Below are positions 1-13,762 of a DNA stretch of 64,000 bases, in pieces (the first letter of the stretch is position 1; every line of letters starts with the position of its first letter). Source of the DNA: Octopus vulgaris. Taxonomy: Eukaryota. The DNA is taken from NCBI GenBank assembly GCA_951406725.2, contig OX597817.1:63426001-63490000 (forward strand), in the 5' to 3' direction. A model generated the notes under the pieces. It worked only from the letters and a program-made list of their open reading frames with translations. It did no database searches and was not told where the DNA came from. Made by a program: the position numbers and the translations under genes.

Positions 1-554
1 TAGACAGATAGAAGCGTGAATGATCAGATAAATAGATGGATGAATTAAAGAACAGCTAGATAGATGGACAGGTAGATGTTTAGATAGATCGATTGATAAA
101 AAGAAGGAGGAATGGATAAAAAGATGATAGATAGATAAATAAACTAACAGACAGAGAGTTAGATAGATGGAAGGGTGGCTGGATGTGGATGGATAGATGA
201 ATGGTTGGATAAGTGAGTAGATGGATGGGTAGATGGATAGACCTTCATAGATAGCTAGAGAGATTGATAGATGGTTTGATTGATAGACTGACAGAAAGAC
301 AGACAGGCAGACAGATCGGTAGGTACAAAGATAGATTGGTAGATAGATAGGTATATAGACGAATGGCTGGCTGGATAAACGTGGAGATATGCAAACAGAT
401 AAATAGATAGATGGGTAGATAGATAGAAAGATAGATAAACAGATAAGTATGTATGTATGTTTGTATGGAATGGGCAGAAGAAATTAAGAAAGATACACAG
501 ACACACACATACATAGAGTGAGTGTGAGATATATATTCATATATATATATATAT

Positions 555-597
<43 letters not shown>

Positions 598-651
598 GTG
601 TGTGTATAATATATGTATAATATATATATATATATATATGTGTGTGTATAA

Positions 652-701
<50 letters not shown>

Positions 702-1261
702 TAGATAGATAGATAGATAGATAACAAAAGAAAAATGTTTTGTTCTTAACAGTCTTATTTGTAGGAAAGAAGAAAGTAGAAAGTGGATGAAATTCGGATC
801 AGGTTTAACTTGTTCCGAGATTAGATTTATTAAGCATTATCAACGTATATTTGGCATTACATGTTGTGCCAAAGAGTGAATTTATACATCGGCAACATCA
901 ATTCCACTTCACATTCGAGAATATATCAAATGTAGCCAGCATCTGAAAATCAAACAACCACTCTACTTTCTATCACACGGCAATCCAAAATGTCAGATGA
1001 GATATATGTTTGCGACACACAAGAAAGCAGGTCGACTATGTTATGCCTAAAGTACACAAATTGCCTGACAGTTTATAGACTAAGAACAATTAGCTTAACA
1101 CGTCGACTTTTTACTTTATTCGATTATGTGGTCCTAGATGTAGTATAGCTGAAAATAATGTGGTAGTGTCATGGCTGGACCACCTTTGATCACGGGTCTG
1201 CTCGACCAGGGTTGGTATTGATCTAAACAGTAACAACGAGTGGAAGTGTTATGTATGTATA

Positions 1262-1484
1262 CTCTTTTACTTGTTTCAGTCATGTGACTGTGGCTATGCT
1301 GGAGCACTGCTTTTAGTCGAGCAAATCGACCCCAGGACTTATTCTTTGTAAGCCTAGTACTTATTCTATCGTTCTCTTTTGCCGAACCGCTAAGTTACGG
1401 GGACGTAAACACACCAGCATCGGTTGTCAAGCGACGTTGGGGGTGGGGACAAACACAGACACACAAACATACACACACACATAC

Positions 1485-1533
<49 letters not shown>

Positions 1534-1644
1534 TATGACGGTCTTCTTTCAGTTTCCGTCTCCCAAATCCATTCACAAGTGGGACTGAACCCGGAACCAT
1601 GTGGTTCGTAACCAAGCTACTTACCACACAGCCACTCCTACGCC
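1262..1644 (-). mobile_element. SINE family A (tRNA-type head, internal microsatellite, LINE-like tail), internally deleted copy
   Basis: Reverse complement reads GGCGTAGGAGTGGCTGTGTGG (A-box-like)...GGTTCAGTCCC (B-box-like)...(TA)n...GCTCCAGCATAGCCACAGTC..GACTGAAACAAGTAAAAGAG; more than 10 near-identical copies in the window. Confidence 0.85.
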
Positions 1645-2278
1645 TGTGTATGTATGTATGTTTGTATGTATGTATGTATGTATGTGGGATTGTCACGAAA
1701 CAGTGCCAGGTTTGTTGAGTTTATTGCTATAATATAATGTATTGTAGTGTACTATGCCAGTTATATTATATTGTTCACACACACACACGAATATATATAA
1801 ATTTATCTTAAAAGCAGAAAAGCATAAATTTCACATATTTTTCATACATTGGTTCTGTTCAACAGCTGTTTCATTAATATAACATCTGCCAAGTGTATAA
1901 TTACTTAATTATAATACATAATAAATAATTGAATTAAATTAAATTGAATTTAAAGCAGTGTCTGCCCAAATCATCAGCAATATTGTGTTATGTTAATCAG
2001 GAAACTTTTAATTGTTCTTTTAATTACTGTGAATATATAAATGCCTTGTTTATTTGGATACATACATACGCCCACACATACATACATACATATATACATA
2101 CATACATACATACATACATACATACATACATACATACATACATACATACATACATGCATACATACATATATATATGTGTGTGTGCATGCAAGTTGTGTGT
2201 ATTTATATGTACGTGTAAGTGTGTGCATGTGTATTTCTTTAGGAACAGAGCTAAGACTATGTATGTACCAGGAAAATG

Positions 2279-3504
2279 ATCAAACTGGAAAGAAAGTCTG
2301 ATGTATTTCAAGATGAGAAAGAAAGAAAGTGGTCGAAATTGATATATTTAATCACGATAATATTTCCTCTCATTATTGATAACATATGACCTTTGTTTAG
2401 CAAATTGTTGATCCCATGGGTGTAAAATTTTCAAGTTTCGAAGCAAAGAAGCGCTCAATATCATTTTAAATCTCTTTACTATAAATAAACTAGTTTCTCG
2501 TTAAATAACGTTGCAATGATCTAAAAAGATGTTAACCAGATGGAGCAAGGTTAGGAGAATTAGAAAGATGACGAAGAAATTACATATATAGAATCATAAT
2601 CTTTTCCTGAGTGACTTCGCCAATATATTATCTTGCATTATCGTGTAGGAGCATTACTCATTACAATTAACCAATGATGAGTGATTCTTCTGCAAATTTG
2701 TTATGCAATGTTTCTAACTGAAGAAAATACTTTGCATCAACTGTTTTATTTTGGTTTAAGATTTCACGATAGATGGCACTCTTCATGTCTCACTAAACAC
2801 AGAATATAACTTTTTCATTGGGTGCTAATCATTGTTGTTTTTGTTGGATATAGTTATTGAGAAACCACTTTTCATCGCTTGTGGTGATGATTCTACCCAA
2901 GAATGGTTTGGTAGTCCTCTACTTTTCAATGACGCGCAGAGAGCAACTCCTTGATTGAGCTAAGAAGCAATCAGAGAATTAGGGATCCACTGACCAAGTT
3001 TAGACATTTTCCTAGTTCACGAAGGTGTTTTGTGATCAAAGCCTGACTTGAATTGAACTATTTCACTAATTCTCGTGCTGTTTGCTTTGCATTTTCCTCA
3101 GCTAAAGTTTTCAGAAGATCAATATCGACAGAGCTCGGTCGTTCAGATCGATGGGAATTTACAAGAGAATAGTTTCCCAAACGAAACAGGTCACACCATC
3201 GTTACACCATCAGGTCACACCATCGTTCGGACACTTAAAGCTTCATTTCCATATTTCATTCCCATAGACAGAACGAATATTTTTTGCCAATTCCATTGCA
3301 GAAGAGCCCTTTTTGAATTCATAAGAGCATCTGATATGGGTCTGATCTAAACTCATTTTAAAAGAGTAACATCAATAAGAATTTAACCACTACGGTATAA
3401 AGTTAACTTGAAGGAAACATTTTACCGTAAATATTGAAAAAAACCCAAAAAACTCTCACATGACCATATAGATATCGGGACAGGACTTTCTTTCCAACTT
3501 AATA
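2279..3504 (-). mobile_element. Decayed mariner element
   Basis: Imperfect terminal inverted repeats (aactggaaagaaagtc near 2283; gactttctttccaacttaata near 3485); minus strand gives an LLHDNA catalytic-Asp motif near 2635-2655; ~1.2 kb span. Confidence 0.6.
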
Positions 3505-3902
3505 GAATTAACGTATGGCATTGGCACATTCCTCCGTTCTACTTTTCGATTCTTCGTTTCTATGAAAAATTACTATCAATTTGAATGAAGTTGGAAGACA
3601 CTAAATGGAAACTAAATACTGCAAAACATCCACTCCAGCGTCCTTCAGTCTCGGGTTATCAGTAACTGCCTTTAGCTGTTGGAATAAAAACGATACAATT
3701 TTCTCTGTATCAAGTGGTCTGTTTGCTTGGGAAAGCATTAGCAACAACCATAACTTATCTATTGATTGGTTACTTTGAAACTGTTTTATTGAACCATCTA
3801 AACGTCTGTGTCCCAATCAGATATTATATCAAATGCCTTTTTACCTCTTTTACAAATAAAGATATTTTTTACATGTCTCTGCGTTAAAAGCAACGATGGC
3901 TT

Positions 3903-4003
<101 letters not shown>

Positions 4004-4602
4004 TATCAGTAACATTTACAATCGGTAGGTTTTATTAGAATTTGCGTCGACAAACATTTCCAGTGGCATTGATGGATCGGAGTAATTTTATATTATTTAT
4101 TGATGACAAAATAAAACCTGATCTCTTGAAAGTATACAAAACAGCAGTCTGTTATGCAAACGATATGCCTTCAATAAAGACTAGAAAAAAATGATAAAAA
4201 TACATAGTTGTTATCTGTCTTATAGTTTCACTCATCTCTTTTTACTGTTGTTTAACCTCAATGTCAGTTCTGCTCCAACATATATATGATCAAAACGGCA
4301 TTCCGGCTCAGACCATCCAATCGTTTATTCCATGCATTTTATGCTCTGAACTACATTGTTTCAATATGTATTTATATACGGTCGAGAATGTGGTATATGA
4401 CATGGTGGAAATTGGCTGCTATTTCTAGCATATCAAACGACGAGGTAGGGGCCCATTCGTTGGTTCGCATTAGTCGCATTGATTGGTACAGTATTTACTG
4501 ATTAAACAATGTGCAGAAAATTCTCACTGTCTCCGCTATATATCCTGTCTACCTGTTTGTCTCTCTGTCTGTCCGTATGTCTGTCTATGTCTCTGTCACA
4601 CT

Positions 4603-4751
<149 letters not shown>

Positions 4752-4805
4752 AATCTATCTATCTATCTATCTATCTATCAATCTATCTATCTGTCTATCT
4801 ATCTA

Positions 4806-4937
4806 GGTGCAGGAGTGGCTGTGTGGTAAGTAGCTTGCTCCCCAACTACATGGCAAGTGTCTTCTACTATAGCCTTGTGAGTGGATTTGGTACATGGAAA
4901 CTGAAAGAAGCCGTCATGTATATATATATGTATATAC

Positions 4938-5020
<83 letters not shown>

Positions 5021-5213
5021 TTTGTTTGTCCCCCCAAACATTGCTTGATAACCGATGCTGGTGTGTTTACGTCCCCGTAACTTAGCGGTTAGGCAAGAGA
5101 GACCGATAGAATAAATACTAGGCTTACAACGAATAAGTCCTGGGGTCGATTTGCTCGACTAAAAGCGGTGCTCCAGCATAGCCGCAGTCAAATGACTGAA
5201 ACAAATGAAAGAA
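4806..5213 (+). mobile_element. SINE family A copy
   Basis: GGTGCAGGAGTGGCTGTGTGG head, internal (TA)n(TG)n, tail GCTCCAGCATAGCCGCAGTCAAATGACTGAAAC. Confidence 0.85.
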
Positions 5214-5221
5214 TAATAGAA

Positions 5222-5307
<86 letters not shown>

Positions 5308-5423
5308 CCTGTCTGTTTGTCCCTGTCTGTTTGTCCGGCTGCCTGTCTGTCTGCCTGCCTGCCTGTCTGTCTACCTGTCTGTCTCCTAGTCTGTTACACA
5401 TTTTGATATCATTTTTATATTTA

Positions 5424-5590
5424 AGGTGCAGGTATATGTTTGCGTGGTTAAGCACTTCGCTTTACTACACCGTGGTTTCGGGTACAGTTCTACTGCGTGG
5501 CACTTCGGGCAAGTATCTTCTACTGTAACCTTAGACTGATAAATCCCTTGTGAATAAATTCGGTCGATGGATGTTGCATTGTAAACTCTT
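5424..5590 (+). mobile_element. Diverged SINE family A 5' part
   Basis: actgcgtggcacttcgggcaagtatcttctactgtaacc resembles the family A head. Confidence 0.55.
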
Positions 5591-5595
5591 TGTAC

Positions 5596-5646
<51 letters not shown>

Positions 5647-5717
5647 CATAATGCATACATACATACATACATAACACATATATACATACATATATATATA
5701 TATACATATATATATAT

Positions 5718-5784
<67 letters not shown>

Positions 5785-5803
5785 CATATATATATATACA
5801 TGC

Positions 5804-5877
<74 letters not shown>

Positions 5878-5883
5878 TGTATG

Positions 5884-6008
5884 TAAAAAAAATACAAACT
5901 GGGACAAGAACGTAAAACATTTAGAAGACGATACAAAAAACACAGACGGGACATTCGAAGCCTTGAATCTTACGGTCAAGAACCGGATCATCCTCGCAAT
6001 TTCGGCTC
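5884..6008. repeat. Short fragment of a (TA)n-associated repeat family (longer copy at 46757-47130)
   Basis: Shares aagaacg(t/c)aaaacat...gacgatacaaaaaa...gtcaagaaccggatcatcctcgcaatttcggct with 46757-46906. Confidence 0.75.
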
Positions 6009-6028
6009 GGCGTCCGTATCCTTTTGGT

Positions 6029-6086
<58 letters not shown>

Positions 6087-6090
6087 CATA

Positions 6091-6555
6091 TACGAGGTGT
6101 GTTCAAAAAGTAACCGACTTTATTCATTTCTGCCAAAACTAAAACCTTGTGGGCAAAATCCTTGGGAGAGGGAAGGAGGGGGAAGCAACCTTTTCTGTGT
6201 AGGCATGGAAATTTTTCGCCAGTAGGCCACGTCAGTTTCCGGTTGTTACGCCTAGAGTACAGACGTATAGTGCTTCGGTCACATTGAAAAGAAAAGAATC
6301 TACTTACAGCGGGAGCCAAAGTCACCTTTTATAGACATGAAGAGAATAATTTGCTTTCATTCTCCAGATGATGATTTTGTTTACTGCATTGTTATTAAAG
6401 GCCTAATGGTTGCTATTGAGTGTGAATACAATCCAGAAAACTGTGTCTGATTTCCTGGGAAGTCGTCAAATTAGGAAGAACTTGTGCAAACCCCGTTTAG
6501 CAGTTTCCAGCAATGGGCTGTACATGAGTGTAAAAGTACATTTCCTGTACAGTCA
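6091..6555. mobile_element. Mariner-like remnant
   Basis: Begins TACGAGGTGTGTTCAAAAAGTAACCGACT, a typical mariner TIR start after a TA; no intact ORF. Confidence 0.4.
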
Positions 6556-6952
6556 ACTAGACCAGTGCTCTGAAACCGTCATTCCAAGGCACACTGGTGT
6601 GCCCAGAGACGATGCTAGGTGTGCCGCAGTGTAACCTGAATATATTTTTTTTCCTATACTTTTAGTTATATTTCTAGTTCAGGAATTTTGAGAAAAATAT
6701 AAGTGTACCACAAATGAAAAAAGGTTGCGAAGCAATGATCCAGACTACTCTGAAAATCATGGTGCAATGAGTGATGAGCACGGAAAATGATCCCACCAAG
6801 ACATCAAGACCGTAGAAACTAGATGTCAAGGTAAGTGGAACACAAACATGATGACTACTGCTGGTGTTTGCAAAGAGACTGTCGTGGTACAAGTTATTCA
6901 CGGCACGCGGCAAAGAGTAAGTTCACTCCTTGAAGAGCTGAAACTCCAGATT

Positions 6953-7163
6953 TACTCTTTTACTTTTTTACTTGTTTCTGTCATTTGATTGCGGCCATGC
7001 TGGAGCACCACCTTTAGTCGGGCAAATCGACCCCAGGACTTATTCTTTGTAAGCCTAGTACTTATTCTATCGCTCTCTTTTGCCGAACCGCTAAGTGACG
7101 TGGACGTCAACACACCACCATCGGGTGTCAAGCGATGTTGGGGGGACAAACACACACAAACAC

Positions 7164-7220
<57 letters not shown>

Positions 7221-7348
7221 CGACGGGCTTCTTTCAGTTTCCGTCTACCAAATCCACTCAAGTCTTTGGTCGGACCGAGGCTGTAGTAGAAGACATTTGC
7301 CCAAGGTACCACGCAGTAGGGATGAACCCGGAACCATGTGGTTGGTAA
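6953..7348 (-). mobile_element. SINE family A copy (head truncated)
   Basis: Reverse complement matches the family A body and tail; internal (CA)n(TA)n. Confidence 0.85.
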
Positions 7349-7589
7349 AATTATCGAATTGACAAAATTATTCTAAGATGTGTAATTAAATATTTCGTGT
7401 AATATATTTGTTGAACAATAAAAAGCATAATTTGATTTGTATTAGTTTCTTATTCTACTTTTGCATTCAATGCGAAATAGACAATTTTTGGAAAAGCGAA
7501 TTTTGAGGGCAATTGTGAACTCAGCACTATCAAATTAGGTGGGATTAATTGTATGAAGCATGACAACTAAAACACTTCCCCTGAGTAAT

Positions 7590-8409
7590 ATGCAGTTTAA
7601 TGATGGAAAGTTCCAAGCACTACGCTATCAGCATACAAAGTGATATGCAATACAAATAAAATACAGTGGACTTGGATGGATCGCAGTTCTAGAATTACAA
7701 TTAGTGCGTGACCTGGGTATTGAAATGAGTGATGATGCATCTTTCCATGTGCATATTACTAAGTCGGCAATCAAATTCAGGTTGTTGAGTGGATGGATTC
7801 TTAGAAATTTCAGAACAAGAGAACAGGAGGACATTTGTCCTAAGCTGTCTTGACTATTGCTTCCAACTATGTTCCCCACAGAGTGTGAAATTAATAGTGG
7901 AACTCGAAGTAGTGTAGTGAAGCTACACGAAGATGGCCTCAATGCAGCAAATTAGTTACTGGGAAAGACTCAAGAGGTTAAGACTTTACTCCCTTGGATA
8001 AAGATATGCTGCAATATACATCTAGAAAGACATGTCCCTAATTTTAGCGTTGCTAGTTATATAAACGTGAGAACAGACTGCCGTTGTATAGTGACCCAGA
8101 TTCCTCATCTGCCGTCAAAATACAGAACCAGATACTACAACAGCTTAAGATTCAAGAATATACATCTCTTCAATATCCTCCTGAAGGAGCTGAGAGACCT
8201 ATATGGTGATGTCTTCAAAACTAGACTGGATTTCCTACTGTCAAGAGTCCCAGATGAGCCAACTTCACGGCATGAAGCGGGAACGAGGGCAGTAAGATCA
8301 AACACCACCATTCACCTAATGCCAACTATTAAAGGAGGGTTAATGAAGGTGTAACACAACACACCAGTTGACCGTGCCCAAATATGACCACAGCCCTTGA
8401 GCTGAAACT
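7590..8409 (+). mobile_element. CR1-group LINE 3' fragment, decayed
   Basis: VRDLGI, YWERLKRLRLYSL and LFNILLKELRDL..FKTRLDFLLSRVPDEP motifs; 3' end ccaaatatgaccacagcccttgagctgaaact homologous to 63540-63580. Confidence 0.85.
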
Positions 8410-8544
8410 AGTTAAAGAATGTGTGTGTATATATATATATATATATAAATATATATAATAGTATAAATAATATATAAATATATGCATATATACATACATA
8501 TATGTACATAGTACATATATATATGTATATATACATGCATATAT

Positions 8545-8731
8545 GGGTACAGGACATCAAAAAATCCCCCAAAAACGTGGAACACAAGGAGAAACGAAAA
8601 CATAAAAACAAGAATATAGAAACGAACTTTTTTCAAACAACGACAAAAAAAAAACAGAGTACAAGACATACAACACAAGGAATATTCCCCTTCTTCAGTT
8701 GTCTCTGTTTCATCTACTCCGCGTTTCGAAG
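8545..8731 (-). repeat. (TA)n-embedded repeat family fragment (second copy 26188-26315)
   Basis: Minus strand gacaaCTGAAGAAGGGG...gatgtcctgtacccata matches gacaaCTGATGAAGGG...gatgtcctgtacccata at 26188-26315. Confidence 0.65.
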
Positions 8732-8868
8732 ATATATATATATATATATATATATAAGATTGCTCTATTTCATGTCTAAATTGCAATGAATGAAAAAACC
8801 GGGTTATTAGTTAGAAATCAGTTCTTTCGGCATTGGAAAGAAATACGAAAACTAAAACCAGGAAAACG

Positions 8869-8904
<36 letters not shown>

Positions 8905-9261
8905 ACACATATATTCGAACAGCAACATGGAAGAGCCATCTCAGGTGTTTAAAATTATACAAAACAATTGAATTTATTTCTTCATTTATTTCTTGGTCTC
9001 TAAATGGAGTAATACCAACGTGTTACACAGAAGAAATGCACTATTCCTTCCTCTTACTTAGATTACTTTTACACACACACACACACACACACATGCATAT
9101 GTACACGTATGTGTGAGTATGTATATACAGGTAGCTAGTTATATACATATATATATATATTTATTATAAACATATATGCACATATGTATATATACAGATA
9201 CATACTTGTATACATAGTACATACATGCATTTCATGCACACACATATATACGTGTTTATGT

Positions 9262-9367
<106 letters not shown>

Positions 9368-9493
9368 AAAAATAATCACCTTACTTTGAAATTGTATGGA
9401 TAATACCGTACTAAATTTTGGTGTCTCCACTTGAGTACCATATTCATCTATTCATCTGAATCAAAATTTTTGCTGAACTCATCTACCATAGCC

Positions 9494-9602
<109 letters not shown>

Positions 9603-9646
9603 TTATATATATATATATGCATGTATGTATGTGCCCGTATGTGTAG

Positions 9647-9691
<45 letters not shown>

Positions 9692-10121
9692 AATGAATAT
9701 GCCCATATATAATTCGATGTGTATATATATACGTATTAGTTTTGGACTTGATTTTAAATTAACATATTCCCTCCTACATTTTAATCACCCGTTTGAAATA
9801 TAATTCAATCTACCCTAACAGGAATCGTTTGTTCAATATATCTGTACAACAAAATACGTATTAAAATAAACTCCCTGATGTATACATATATATAGACTGA
9901 TGGTTAGATTGGCAGTAAACCACTAATTACTATCAGAAGGAGTAACCCAACTTGTTGAAATTAACTTCAGTAATTGATCGTTAGTTATTTAATCAACCTT
10001 GGAATAAAGAAGAGAAAAGATTACCTCAGAAGAATATGAACTCAGAACCTAATTATAAACAGCAAAGAAGATTATCGATCGCTTTGCCGATACTTCCTCT
10101 ACTATCTACTTTTCAATATTA

Positions 10122-10236
<115 letters not shown>

Positions 10237-10243
10237 TATAATT

Positions 10244-10595
10244 TAGGGTATCTAAGAGATACCACCACGCAGGTAATAGCAGCCAAAACTTGACTCTAAA
10301 ACCACATTAAATATTCATACAGCACTAGGAGAGAAGACAAGAGGACAAAATAAACTATCAAAAAATTACTGGATGATTCCAGATCCCGGATTTCTGGCTC
10401 TGCATAAGAAATACTTTGCCTCATCAGTCGAATAAACACAGATACTTTGCCTCATCAGTAAAATAAGCACAGATAGTGTTTATTTTATACTTTCGTCTTC
10501 TCTCCTAGCGCTGTATGAACATTTAATGTGGTTTTAGAGTCAAGTTTTGGTTTTGGCTGTTATTACCAGCGTGGTGGTATCTCTTAGATACCCTA
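10244..10595. repeat. Fold-back inverted repeat (~95-bp arms) with an HHR-like motif in the spacer
   Basis: Arm 10244-10338 (tagggtatctaagagataccaccacgc...) is the reverse complement of 10495-10595 (...gcgtggtggtatctcttagatacccta). Confidence 0.9.
10381..10428 (-). ncRNA. Hammerhead-ribozyme-like motif, partly decayed
   Basis: Minus strand: a-CTGATGA-GGC...GCC-A-GAAA-TCCGGGA-TC; the core plus start of stem II is duplicated at 10441-10459. Confidence 0.45.
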
Positions 10596-10597
10596 TA

Positions 10598-10860
10598 TAA
10601 CTGAGAATGTGTGTCTCTCTGTATGTGTGCATCACTAAAACTCGACAACTACCCTACTGAATTCATTCACATTTTGCACATGCCTTACTTGGTGTCCATG
10701 CAGTGTCATGGGTCAAAAAGAATTTTCAACTTCTTGCCTAATGCAAACCCGGAGCATTCTCCTATTTCTTACGCTATTCCAGTATTACGTGTCAAAAGTG
10801 TAACAAGATACTTTCAATATGTATAGATATATACATAGTGAAACTATTAATACTGACACT
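10598..10860 (+). mobile_element. Possible non-autonomous Helitron-like 5' fragment
   Basis: ataactgagaatgtgtgtctctctgt...aactcgacaactacc...ttcattcacattttgcaca resembles invertebrate Helitron-derived repeat heads; recognition only. Confidence 0.3.
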
Positions 10861-10884
10861 ATATATGTGTATATAGATGTGCAC

Positions 10885-10922
<38 letters not shown>

Positions 10923-11029
10923 ATGTGTGTGTGTGTGTGTGTGTATAGATGTATATATATCGATGTAGATATATAAATTTATATGTATACATATATACGT
11001 ACATATGTATATATCTATATACGTATATA

Positions 11030-12015
11030 TATATACATCAATGGCATTACTGACATCATCAATCACAGTAACATAAGAGTCTTTGCAGATGATTTCAAGA
11101 TCCAGAAGGTCATCAATGAAGTGGGTGATCGGGAATGCCTTAAGTCAGATCTACTGGCTGTCATCCAATGGGCGGAAAAGAATAATATGCTGCTGAACGA
11201 GGACAAATTTGAATTAATCCACTTCCGGAAAGAGGATACCATGAAACTCCCATACTCCCTTCTTTCAGGTGGAACTCTCATGGTATCCAACATCAGAATC
11301 GTGTGAGTAATTGTGGACCGCAACACAAGATGTGCCGCTCATATAAACAGCAAAGTTGACATGACCCGCCGAATGTACTCCTGGATTCTCAGAACTTCCC
11401 AGTCGAGAGATATCCATACCCTTATCCTTCTTTTCGCTACTGTTGCCCGACCCCACTTTGAATACTGTTGCTAACTGTGGTCTCCCCACACGAAACAAAG
11501 TATCATGAAAATTGAAAAATCTGAAAGGTCAATTACATAAAAAAATAGTTGACATGACAGGCCTTGACTATTGGGGTCGACTAGAAAAGCTTAAGCTTTA
11601 TTCTCTCCAGCGCCGCCGTGAGCGCTACATCATCTGCATGATGTGGAAAATATTCAATCAGTATTGTCCAAATGATGATGGTATCGACTTTAATATACAC
11701 CCAAGTCTTAGACCCCGTGCTCTCCGCCCACAACATAAATCACACTCGCATCACATAACAACAATACGGCACAATTATTTCACCTCAATTGACCCCGCTC
11801 TTTTTATAACTACACCAAAACACATTGAAGCACAAAAAGACCCCATAAATTTCAAGAAGTCTACGGACAAATTCCTTCAAAAAGTGCTGGATGAACCTTC
11901 TATACCTGGATATGTCTCCCTAAACAATAACTCTCTCTTCGAATGGGCCATATTGTCCGATTCTTGATTTGAATGACTTTGGCAGGTGGTACTTTTAGAC
12001 ATGGCCGAAATCTAT
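11030..12015 (+). mobile_element. CR1-group LINE RT and C-terminal fragment, frameshifted
   Basis: YINGITDIINHSNIRVFADDFKIQK (RT FADD motif), WAEKNNMLLNEDKFELIHF, LDYWGRLEKLKLYSLQRRRERY. Confidence 0.9.
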
Positions 12016-12045
12016 CAAAGTGTATACATACATACATACATACAT

Positions 12046-12083
<38 letters not shown>

Positions 12084-12112
12084 GCATATATATATATATG
12101 TATATATATATG

Positions 12113-12220
<108 letters not shown>

Positions 12221-12308
12221 ATAAGTGTAGATCGTATACGTGTGGGTATACATTTATAAAAAAGAAGTTTGAAACGCCACTATATAAGATAAATTTTAAT
12301 TTTCCTAG

Positions 12309-12360
12309 AAATTTTACATGTTTCGGTTCTTCTTGAAAAAACGAACCTTATCAAAAATAT
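12309..12360 (-). ncRNA. Minimal type I hammerhead ribozyme, U3-A8 core variant
   Basis: Minus strand ATTT-TTGATAA-GGTTC-[13 nt]-GAACC-GAA-ACATGT-A-AAAT: 5-bp stem II, palindromic stem III, GUA triplet, short stem I. Confidence 0.65.
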
Positions 12361-12633
12361 TTTAAAAAGTTAAGTATAATAAAAAAGTTCATAATTGTTT
12401 CTTACTGGTCTCAAAAAGATTTCAGCCACTGACCGTTCGGACACATAAGACAGCTAAAAACAACCACGAGGATTCTGTTGAGACCAGTAAGAAACAATTA
12501 TGAACTTTTTTATTACACTTAACTTTAAATTTACAGCTATTATGCTTACTCCCCACAAAACACCACCATGTGGATTCTGTTGAGACCAGTAAGAAACAAT
12601 TATGAACTTTTTTATTACACTTAACTTTTTAAA

Positions 12634-12686
12634 ATATTTTTGATAAGGTTCGTTTTTTCAAGAAGAACTGAAACATATAAAATTTC
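12634..12686 (+). ncRNA. Second-arm copy of the U3-A8 hammerhead, mutated
   Basis: ATTT-TTGATAA-GGTTC...GAACT-GAA-ACATAT-A-AAAT. Confidence 0.5.
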
Positions 12687-12729
12687 TAAGAAAATTAAAA
12701 TTCATCTTATATAGTGGCGTTTTCAAACT

Positions 12730-12779
<50 letters not shown>

Positions 12780-12867
12780 CCAGGCCTATTCCCCATTATT
12801 TTAGGAAGGAGTAGCCACAACAAGACACACACCAGGTATTCCATTAATTTCCCAGCTCTCTCTCTCT

Positions 12868-12951
<84 letters not shown>

Positions 12952-13554
12952 ATACATATATATATAAAACTACGATGCAAAAATGTTACTGAATAATAAA
13001 GGACTGAGAGATGAAAAAGAAATTCTGATAATTTAATGAGAAGTTAATGCTTTGTTGGCTCAACTTTTTGTAACCAAATTTTTAATTTTTCAAAAATCAA
13101 TAAGTCTTAAATGAATTGCATGTTTAATAAAAATTTTGACAATGAAATCGCTGTCTGATTTATATTTAATTTTTAAAAAATTTCTTTTTCAATTAACATT
13201 CTACTTAATATTAATTTAATATGAATTAATTTTATAAATTTATTTTTTGATATTTTTGAACAATGCAATTTTTCTTCTCAGCAAATTGCTGTTTAAAATT
13301 CTAACTTCAACTCACAGATTCATAAATCTACGTAGATTGTTTGATTGCAATAACCGTACATGGTCAAATACGCTTGTTTGATTTCCCATCCTCACTTAAT
13401 ACAGTTTACAAGCTAACTGTTGGAAAATGTTGAATTATAGTTCAGGGACACAACATATTAACAATGGGGCGGAGACGAACCGCTGCCCTTAGATTCGGTT
13501 GTCTTATCCCAAGCTGAATCAACCAATCGTTCATTTTACTAAACGCTTAAAACT

Positions 13555-13762
13555 TTGAGATCAAATTTTGGCACAAAGCCAGCAATTTCAAGGGCAGAGG
13601 TGAATCGATTACATCGGCCTCAGTGCTCAAATGGTACTTATTTTAACGATCTCGGAATGATGAAACGCAAAGTCACCCTCTGTGGAATTAGAACTTAGAA
13701 TCCAAAAGCCGCTAAGCATTTTTCCCTCTGTGCTAACGATTCTGCTAGCTCGCCACCACCTT
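13555..13762 (-). mobile_element. SINE family B, diverged copy
   Basis: Reverse complement begins ggtggtggcgagctagcagaatcgttagcac, homologous to 54275 onward. Confidence 0.7.

Larger units (their letters stand above)
12255..12738. repeat. Inverted repeat (~160-bp arms) plus internal partial direct repeat, HHR in each arm, between (TA)n tracts; Penelope pseudo-LTR-like
   Basis: 12255-12414 is the reverse complement of ~12580-12738; gattctgttgagaccagtaagaaacaattatgaac occurs at 12471 and 12573. Confidence 0.9.
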
